Origin: an uncultured Dehalococcoidia bacterium
GTDB taxonomy: Bacteria > Chloroflexota > Dehalococcoidia > UBA2247 > RBG-13-53-26
Reading direction: 5' to 3'
DNA: 33,826 nucleotides
Assembly (NCBI GenBank): GCA_964457045.1
Contig: CAYWDP010000005.1
Span: 1 to 33,826 of the forward strand
Below the pieces are notes generated by a model. That model was not told where the DNA came from. It searched no databases and saw only the letters and a list, made by a program, of their open reading frames with translations. The position numbers and the translations under genes are program-made. Shown here piece after piece: positions 27,498-33,826 of the stretch. Position 1 is the first letter of the stretch, and each line of letters opens with the position of its first letter.

Positions 27498-27527
27498 AAT
27501 TTACTATATAACTATAGTAAAAGTCAA
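27498..27527 (-). promoter_or_regulatory. Candidate sigma-70-type promoter for the rpsL supercluster
   Basis: On the minus strand, TTGACT (27527-27522) is followed after 17-18 nt by GTAAAT/TAAATT. This is the only AT-rich gap (135 nt) before rpsL. The -10 match is weak. Confidence 0.25.
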
Positions 27528-27604
27528 ACTATACCGTTTTTCGGGTCGTTTGGCAACCAAGAGTTTATCTTATCTCTTTTCTTTTTTCCTGTTTTTGAAC
27601 CGTT

Positions 27605-28663
27605 TCAAAACTCCGCAAGACGAGACTTCAGGTAATCTATAGAAGCCACCGGTGTGGGATCAATACTATTTAGTATGGCTAGGTAAAAGCTAACATAATC
27701 CCCTAAAAGAACCAAGCTCATCATTTGAGCTAAAGGGCTTTCTCCCATTGCCTCCGCCAATTCATAGCTAACCCCTGCTTTAGTAAGGATTTCGACGGTA
27801 AGGCGATAGCGAATCGAAATACGCGGATGGAGTAAGGAAGAGTGCAGTAATACCACCAGAATCCTTTCTCTCATCTCAGGGGGAAACTGATAGCCTACTA
27901 CAGCATTATGATTGAGTTCTGGGAAAACTTCGTAGAAAGCCCAAGCCTTGCTATTTTCATTAAGCTGGGTTTTCCAGCGCTGGGCTACCTCTGAGAGTAT
28001 CCCCGCTCCATAAATCACAGCCAACTTCCCTGAGAGCTTAGTCGCCAATTGCTTGGCTGGATTGGAGACAAGGGGCGTGCTTTCAACGAGTTCGGCTGTT
28101 AGTTTATTCAAAACCTGCATTGCTTCCTTTAAATCCGCCGATTTATCTTCAAGTAAACCAAGCTTGTGGAAAATACCTAGCAGGGAGATAAAGCTATGCG
28201 GGAAGGCAGCCCGTGGAGGCGCTTCATAATCTATAAGGAAAATAGGGATATCTTCTTTTTCAGCTAGCTCTTTCAGCCTGCCACCTCTGGTAAGCACTAG
28301 CTTCTTGGAGGGAATTTTCAGCGATTCAGCGAAGGAAGAAAGGGTCTCTTCGGTGTTCCCTGAGTAGCTTGAAGCAATAAGTAGAGTATTCTCGTTGAGG
28401 AAAGGGGGTGAATCATAACCCCGGTGCACCCAAGTGGGTAATCTGTTTTCCAGGAGAGTAAGGCGGTGCACTAGCTCGCCTCCAATAGCAGAGCCCCCCA
28501 TCCCCAGGATAATAGCCTTATCTACCCTGGCATAGTCTCGGGGTAGGTCAAACTTTAGGGCATTTTGCCAAGCTCGCTGGCACTGCTCGGGGAACTCGTG
28601 GAGATGCTTAAGCATCCCTGAGGGGTCAAGTTGTTGGTAAGTTTGAGGATTATCCAAGCTCAC
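27605..28663 (-). CDS. Bifunctional phosphoglucose/phosphomannose isomerase family (SIS domain)
   Basis: 352 aa, GTG start. Contains ILGMGGSAIGGEL and SYSGNTEET. Length and layout are typical of the archaeal-type PGI/PMI family. Lies 3 nt after the phosphohexomutase gene. Confidence 0.7.
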   Translation of the reverse strand: MSLDNPQTYQQLDPSGMLKHLHEFPEQCQRAWQNALKFDLPRDYARVDKAIILGMGGSAIGGELVHRLTLLENRLPTWVHRGYDSPPFLNENTLLIASSYSGNTEETLSSFAESLKIPSKKLVLTRGGRLKELAEKEDIPIFLIDYEAPPRAAFPHSFISLLGIFHKLGLLEDKSADLKEAMQVLNKLTAELVESTPLVSNPAKQLATKLSGKLAVIYGAGILSEVAQRWKTQLNENSKAWAFYEVFPELNHNAVVGYQFPPEMRERILVVLLHSSLLHPRISIRYRLTVEILTKAGVSYELAEAMGESPLAQMMSLVLLGDYVSFYLAILNSIDPTPVASIDYLKSRLAEF

Positions 28664-28666
28664 TGC

Positions 28667-30091
28667 CTAAACCCTCAATATCTTCCTTCCCTCTGCTATC
28701 AATTCTCCAGCTCTAGTTAAACTGTCAGCTTCAGCATAGATGCGAAGCATCGGCTCTGTTCCGGAGAAGCGGATCAACAACCAGGAGTCATCCGCCAGCG
28801 AGAAGTGAAAGCCATCAATGGTATTCACTCTTATTACTTCGCTCTGAGCAATGTGAGCTGGCATTTTGCTGGTGAGGCGGTGGAGGATTTTCTCTCGCTC
28901 CACGAGAGGAAATTCCAAGTCGACGCGCTGATAATGATGTGGTCCTACTTTCCTATAAAGGTAATCAATAAGCTCTGAGGGCGTTTTTCTTAGCTTAGTC
29001 ATGAAGTCGAGGAAGTAGATGCCGGCGAGAATACCATCGCGCTCAGGGATGTGACCTCGAAAGCCGAAGCCGCTACTTTCCTCCCCCCCGATAAGGGCAT
29101 TCTCGGCAATCATTACCGGGGCTACATATTTGAAGCCCACCGGTGTTTCGTAGACTGGCACATCATAAAGCTTGCCCAATTTATATAGCATACTGGTGGT
29201 AGTCAGTGTCTTAACAATAGCACCGCGCTCCCCTTTTACCTCTAGCAGGTAAAGAGCGAGCAAGGCAAAAATCTGTAAAGGAGTGAGAGGATTTCCCTTC
29301 TCATCTATAATGCCAAGGCGGTCAGCATCACCATCTGTAGCCAGTCCCACGTTGGCTTCGCTTTCTCTAACCAAAGTGGAAAGCTTTGATAGGTGAGGGG
29401 CAATGGGCTCAGGTTTAATCCCCGGGAAGAGGGGATTTCGCTCTCCATTAATCTCCACCACCTCAGTTTTACCACCCTGGAGGAGTTTTTTGAAGTAGCC
29501 AGCCCCTGCCCCGAACATGGAATCTACCACTATCTTCAAACCAGCTTGGTGTAGGTTTTCCAAGTCAATAAGCTGAGCCATGTGATGAAGATAGGCTGGG
29601 GCTAAATCGAGGTATTCAATGAGCCCCTGTGACAGCCCCTCATTCAGAGGTAGACGCTTCACCCTGTCTTGGGCAATGATTTCTGGCAATCGAGATTCAA
29701 TATCGGCTTCCACCTCGGTTGGAGCGGTAGTCCCCTCTTCAGATTTGACCTTGAAACCATTCCAGAGGGCGGGATTGTGGCTGGCAGTGATGATGATCGC
29801 CCCAGCGGATTTCCGATGTAGAATCCCGTAGCTTATCACCGGAGTGGGGGTAGGGGTGGGGCAAAGGGATACCTTGATTTGGTTAGCCGCCACTACTTCG
29901 CTAGCCGCAGCAGCAAAGTGCTCCGAGGCAAAGCGGGTGTCATAGCCTACAATTAGACCTCGGGAGGCGAGACCTTTATCCTGAAGATACTCAGCTACGC
30001 TTTGGGCACAAAGACGCACATTATCGAAGGTGAAATCTTGAGCAATAATGCCTCGCCAACCGTCAGTGCCAAACTTAATCGCCGTGCTCAT
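28667..30091 (-). CDS. Phosphoglucomutase/phosphomannomutase (alpha-D-phosphohexomutase)
   Basis: FGTDGWRG, active-site TASHNP, metal loop DGDADR and GEESSG. ATG 30091 (MSTAIKFGTDGWRG) is preferred over TTG 30100. Confidence 0.85.
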   Translation of the reverse strand: MSTAIKFGTDGWRGIIAQDFTFDNVRLCAQSVAEYLQDKGLASRGLIVGYDTRFASEHFAAAASEVVAANQIKVSLCPTPTPTPVISYGILHRKSAGAIIITASHNPALWNGFKVKSEEGTTAPTEVEADIESRLPEIIAQDRVKRLPLNEGLSQGLIEYLDLAPAYLHHMAQLIDLENLHQAGLKIVVDSMFGAGAGYFKKLLQGGKTEVVEINGERNPLFPGIKPEPIAPHLSKLSTLVRESEANVGLATDGDADRLGIIDEKGNPLTPLQIFALLALYLLEVKGERGAIVKTLTTTSMLYKLGKLYDVPVYETPVGFKYVAPVMIAENALIGGEESSGFGFRGHIPERDGILAGIYFLDFMTKLRKTPSELIDYLYRKVGPHHYQRVDLEFPLVEREKILHRLTSKMPAHIAQSEVIRVNTIDGFHFSLADDSWLLIRFSGTEPMLRIYAEADSLTRAGELIAEGRKILRV

Positions 30092-30104
30092 AACCCCCAA
30101 AAAC

Positions 30105-31325
30105 CTACTTACACTTGTGGTTAAAAAAGCAGTCCTTTACATCGGGGTGGCAAAGGCGAGCATGGCAAAAGGGGCAGGAAAGGGAGTGACTCTCACAGGC
30201 TGGACTTTGGCATACCTGGCAAATGGCTAGAGTTTCCTTTCCACAATATCCGCAGCCAGTCTCTTGAACAACAATAGCTCTCCTCTTTAGCTCCTTCTTT
30301 TCAAACCAGCAGCTATCATCTGCCTTGGTGAGGGAGCGGGTCTTCTCGAAAACAACACACCGCGCCCCGCCGCAAAGTTGCCGATAGGCACACTTACCGC
30401 ACTTGCCCTCCAAATTGTCTCGGTCTCTTAGCTTCCCGAAGACCTCAGACTCTTGCCAGATTTCCTGGAAGCTCTTTTCCCGAATATTCCCTGCTCTCCT
30501 TTGCAACACCATACAGGGATAGACTGTACCTTCATAAAATACACAGCAGTAGCGTGAAGCTGCTCCACAACAGGACCTGATGAATCTGCTCATCGCTTCT
30601 TTATGGGTAACCCTCTTCTCCACCTCCACCCAGAATTGGGGGATGCCAACGCATCGGTAAACCATATTTTGGTCGTGTAGTTGGTGCTGGATAATCTGGC
30701 TAACGAGCCACTGTTGCTCCTCAGAGGTCAGCGCTAAATCAGGCTGTTCCTTCCCTCTGCCTGCGGGTACATAGTGGAATATTTCGATGGCTAATGCTCT
30801 TAAGTTTCTTGCCAAGTTGATAATGGCATCAAATTGGGCAAGGTTATGGCGGTAGATACAGGTATTTATCTGGAAAGGGATACCGGCTGTGGCGACATTA
30901 TGGATGCCCGCCATAGCTCTTTCCCAGCTCCCTTCCATGCCACAGAAATCATCGTGGGATTTGGCATCTGCACCGTAGAGGCTGATAGAGAGGGATCTGA
31001 TGCCAGCCTTCTTCATTCTTTCTGCTGCTTCAGTGCTGAGGAGAGTTGCATTGGTGCCCAGCGTAGGTTGTAAGCCAACACTTTGGGCATGAGCAATAAG
31101 TTGGTAGATATCATCCCGCATCAAAGGCTCACCGCCATCAAAGATAAGGAGACGAGCCCCAGCCCCAGCAATCTCAGTGATCACTCGTTTTGCCTCATCC
31201 GTGGTCAATTCATCTGGGTGGGGGGAATCAGTAGCTTCACTGTAACAATGTTTACACCTTAAGTTGCATTCCCTGGTAACTGCAAAGCTAACCATTAATG
31301 GTGGCAGGATCTTATCTTTTTCCAT
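30105..31325 (-). CDS. Radical SAM / SPASM-domain protein with a C-terminal Cys/His-rich extension
   Basis: CNLRCKHC (CxxxCxxC) near the N-terminus and FDGGEPLMR. SPASM-like C...GTVYPC...CGKCAYRQLCGGARC. The last 53 aa contain 11 Cys and 4 His. ATG 31325 is used; the track uses TTG 31328. Confidence 0.8.
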   Translation of the reverse strand: MEKDKILPPLMVSFAVTRECNLRCKHCYSEATDSPHPDELTTDEAKRVITEIAGAGARLLIFDGGEPLMRDDIYQLIAHAQSVGLQPTLGTNATLLSTEAAERMKKAGIRSLSISLYGADAKSHDDFCGMEGSWERAMAGIHNVATAGIPFQINTCIYRHNLAQFDAIINLARNLRALAIEIFHYVPAGRGKEQPDLALTSEEQQWLVSQIIQHQLHDQNMVYRCVGIPQFWVEVEKRVTHKEAMSRFIRSCCGAASRYCCVFYEGTVYPCMVLQRRAGNIREKSFQEIWQESEVFGKLRDRDNLEGKCGKCAYRQLCGGARCVVFEKTRSLTKADDSCWFEKKELKRRAIVVQETGCGYCGKETLAICQVCQSPACESHSLSCPFCHARLCHPDVKDCFFNHKCK

Positions 31326-31349
31326 CAAGTTTCCCTTTCAACTCATCCG

Positions 31350-32594
31350 CTACGGCTGCTTTGACACCGAACCCTTTGCCTTGGCTATTCCAGCATCAGC
31401 CTGAAGCACCGCTACCTTGTCTGTTTTTTCCCAGGGGAGGTCAAGGTCATCCCGACCAAAGTGCCCGTAGGCAGCAGTAGGTCGATAAATAGGGCGGCGT
31501 AAATCAAAGGTTCTTATGATGGCTTCGGGGCGAAGGTCGAAGTGTTCCTTAATTAACTTGAGGATAATCTCTTCGTCCACCTTAGCTGTGCCAAAGGTTT
31601 CGATGGAGATAGCCAGGGGACGAGCTACACCAATGGAGTAGCATACTTGAATCTCCAAGCGGTCGGCTAATCCTGCTGCCACTAGGTTTTTGGCTATATA
31701 TCGAGTGGCATAGGTTGCGGAGCGGTCAACCTTAGTAGGGTCCTTGCCTGAGAAGCATCCACCACCATGCCTGGCTATACCCCCATAGGTATCCACCAAG
31801 TTCTTACGCCCGGTGAGCCCGGAATCCGCTACCGGACCCCCAACAACAAAACGCCCAGTGGGATTAACATAATACTTTGTTTTTTTATCCAGCAGGGATG
31901 AGGGGATGGTCGCTTTGATTACTTGCTCAATGATGTCGCGCTCGATTACATTGTGGCTAACTACGGGGTCATGCTGAGCTCCTATTATCACGCTGTCTAC
32001 TCGTCGGGGGACACCTCGGTGGTATTCCACGGTTACCTGAGATTTCCCATCAGGGCGGAGATAAGGTAGGAGTTTGCTTTTCCTCACTTTTGCCAGGCGG
32101 CGGCATAACTTATTGGCTAAAGAGATGGGCAAAGGCATAAGCTCTGGCGTTTCGTTGCAAGCAAAGCCAAACATTATCCCTTGGTCACCAGCACCGAGCT
32201 TATCCAAAACATCATTGTTTGCTATCCCCTTTCGTATCTCGAGGGATTCATCTACCCCCATAGCAATGTCTGGAGATTGTTCCTTAATGGAAACCATAAC
32301 CCCGCAACTCTGATAATCGAAGCCATATTCAGGGTGGGTATAGCCTATATCTCGAATTACCTCTCGCGCAACGTCAGGAATTTCCACATAGCAATCAGTG
32401 GTGATCTCACCCATAATTATCACCAGCCCGGTAGTTGTGGCTACTTCACAAGCTACCCGAGCATAAGGGTCTTTAGCCAGGATGGCATCGAGAACACCAT
32501 CTGAGATTTGGTCGCAGAGCTTATCGGGATGCCCTTCGGTGACTGATTCAGAGGCAAGCAAGTGTAAAGGGGATTTCATAAAGGTGGTGCTCAT
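31350..32594 (-). CDS. metK: S-adenosylmethionine synthetase
   Basis: 414 aa. Contains [30 protein letters not shown] and [16 protein letters not shown]. Confidence 0.95.
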   Translation of the reverse strand: MSTTFMKSPLHLLASESVTEGHPDKLCDQISDGVLDAILAKDPYARVACEVATTTGLVIIMGEITTDCYVEIPDVAREVIRDIGYTHPEYGFDYQSCGVMVSIKEQSPDIAMGVDESLEIRKGIANNDVLDKLGAGDQGIMFGFACNETPELMPLPISLANKLCRRLAKVRKSKLLPYLRPDGKSQVTVEYHRGVPRRVDSVIIGAQHDPVVSHNVIERDIIEQVIKATIPSSLLDKKTKYYVNPTGRFVVGGPVADSGLTGRKNLVDTYGGIARHGGGCFSGKDPTKVDRSATYATRYIAKNLVAAGLADRLEIQVCYSIGVARPLAISIETFGTAKVDEEIILKLIKEHFDLRPEAIIRTFDLRRPIYRPTAAYGHFGRDDLDLPWEKTDKVAVLQADAGIAKAKGSVSKQP

Positions 32595-32626
32595 TGGTCT
32601 TTTCTCCTTTTCTCGTCAAATTAAAT

Positions 32627-33826
32627 CTAAGTTCCCCACTCCCAACTCTCCAGGTATTGTCTCTGTTCTTTGGTTAGCTTGTCAATAGTAATGCCCATAG
32701 AGAGGAGCTTCAGCCGACCTACCTCCCAATCAATCTTTTGAGGCACGGGATAAACCCCGGGGGCAAGCCTCTTCTTAAGGTTGAACATATATTCGGCACA
32801 GAGAGCCTGGTTAGCGAAGCTCATGTCCATCACGCTAGCTGGGTGTCCCTCAGCAGCAGAAAGATTGATCAATCTCCCCTCGGCTAGCAGGAAGAGGCGT
32901 CGTCCATCCTGCAAAGTATACTCTTCAACAAAGGGACGTATTTTCCTTTTCTGGGTTGCTAGACTTTCTAAGGCAGGGATATTGATCTCCACATTGAAAT
33001 GGCCGCTGTTTGCCAAGATAGCCCCGTCTTTCATCAACTGGAAATGGGATTTGTCAATAGCGTTCAGCCCGCCGGTAACGGTGATAAAAATATCTCCTAT
33101 CCTAGCTGCCTCAAGCAATGGCGTTACCTGATATCCCTCCATTACTGCTTCCAGAGCGTGGACAGGGTTGACCTCAGTCACTATTACCTGGGCACCCAAG
33201 CCACGGGCACGCATGGCTATCCCCCGCCCGCACCAGCCATATCCGCAAACTACCACCTTCTTTCCAGCCCAAAGGATATTAGTCGCCCGAGTGATGCCAT
33301 CGATAGTGCTCTGTCCGGTGCCATAGCGATTATCAAAGAAGTGCTTTGTCTCTGCCTCGTTTACCGCAATAATAGGATATTTTAGCTTCCCCTCTTTCTC
33401 CATGCTGCGCAGTCGGACGATGCCTGTAGTGGTCTCTTCCATACCTCCAATAACCTTTCCGATGAGCTCAGTTTTTTCCTTATGCAGGGTACTAACTAAA
33501 TCAGCACCGTCATCTAGAGTAATATGAGGCTGCTGGGCAAGAGCAGCACGGATATGCTTGTAGTAGGTTTCATTATCCTCTCCCTTAATAGCATTGACAG
33601 GGATACCGTATTCGGTCAATAGAGCAGCAGCCACATCATCTTGAGTGCTGAGGGGATTGGAGGCGCAGAGGGCTACCTCAGCGCCACCAGCCTTGAGGGT
33701 GAGGGCGAGGTTGGCTGTCTCGGTGGTGATATGTAGGCAGGCAGAAATTCTGGCTCCTTTAAGGGGTTTTTCTTTAGCAAACCTCTCCCTGATCAGTTGT
33801 AGCACTGGCATCTCGCGGGATGCCCA
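32627..33826 (-). CDS. ahcY: Adenosylhomocysteinase, 5'-partial (the start lies beyond the window end)
   Basis: [29 protein letters not shown] and NAD-binding [12 protein letters not shown]. The reading frame stays open to 33826 (...[10 protein letters not shown]), matching the conserved region upstream of the listed Met. Confidence 0.9.
   Translation of the reverse strand, partial: WASREMPVLQLIRERFAKEKPLKGARISACLHITTETANLALTLKAGGAEVALCASNPLSTQDDVAAALLTEYGIPVNAIKGEDNETYYKHIRAALAQQPHITLDDGADLVSTLHKEKTELIGKVIGGMEETTTGIVRLRSMEKEGKLKYPIIAVNEAETKHFFDNRYGTGQSTIDGITRATNILWAGKKVVVCGYGWCGRGIAMRARGLGAQVIVTEVNPVHALEAVMEGYQVTPLLEAARIGDIFITVTGGLNAIDKSHFQLMKDGAILANSGHFNVEINIPALESLATQKRKIRPFVEEYTLQDGRRLFLLAEGRLINLSAAEGHPASVMDMSFANQALCAEYMFNLKKRLAPGVYPVPQKIDWEVGRLKLLSMGITIDKLTKEQRQYLESWEWGT

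Noticed and set aside
32595-32626. Looked for a SAM riboswitch upstream of metK
   Set aside because: Only 32 nt separate metK from ahcY, which is far too short for a SAM-I or SAM-II aptamer.
1-33826. Scan for CRISPR arrays, rRNA genes, transposases, toxin-antitoxin pairs or known defence-system signatures
   Set aside because: Reading by eye, I found no spaced short repeats, no rRNA-like segments and no recombinase, nuclease or ATPase ORFs outside the annotated housekeeping genes. A systematic repeat search was not possible.

Overview
Bacterial chromosomal window. Gene order and protein sequences look Chloroflexota/Dehalococcoidia-like, but this is inference only because no search was possible. 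There are four blocks. (1) 1-2392: the 3' two-thirds of a tRNA-Asp(GTC) gene, then a 2.3-kb insert ending in an exact 25-nt copy of the tRNA 3' end. I read this as a decayed tRNA-targeted integrated islet. It has no integrase and carries a minus-strand trio: an HTH fragment, a two-TM protein and a DUF4389-like membrane protein. (2) 2648-7885, plus strand: a compact trehalose cluster of a GalT-like HIT nucleotidyltransferase, OtsA, OtsB, an uncharacterised internally duplicated 217-aa protein and a TreT-type trehalose synthase. It is preceded by a 255-nt leader rich in CCAAGG/CCTTGG hairpins. (3) 7901-27469, minus strand: 37 co-directional genes forming an uninterrupted str-S10-spc-alpha-L13/S9 supercluster (rpsL to rpsI). 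It includes secY, adk, map, infA, rpoA, truA and an unlisted rpmJ, and has no tuf between fusA and rpsJ. (4) 27605-33826, minus strand: ahcY (5'-partial), metK, a radical SAM/SPASM protein with a Cys/His-rich tail, phosphohexomutase and PGI/PMI. I saw no rRNA, CRISPR array, transposase or recognisable defence genes. Several longest-ORF starts in the supplied track were trimmed using Shine-Dalgarno spacing and conserved N-termini. GTG and TTG starts are frequent. The most notable items are the trehalose cluster with its unknown tandem-domain protein and GalT-like enzyme, the att-like tRNA repeat, a 75-nt tandem duplication that built an acidic S3 tail across the rplP start, and the rSAM/SPASM protein with a zinc-finger-like tail.
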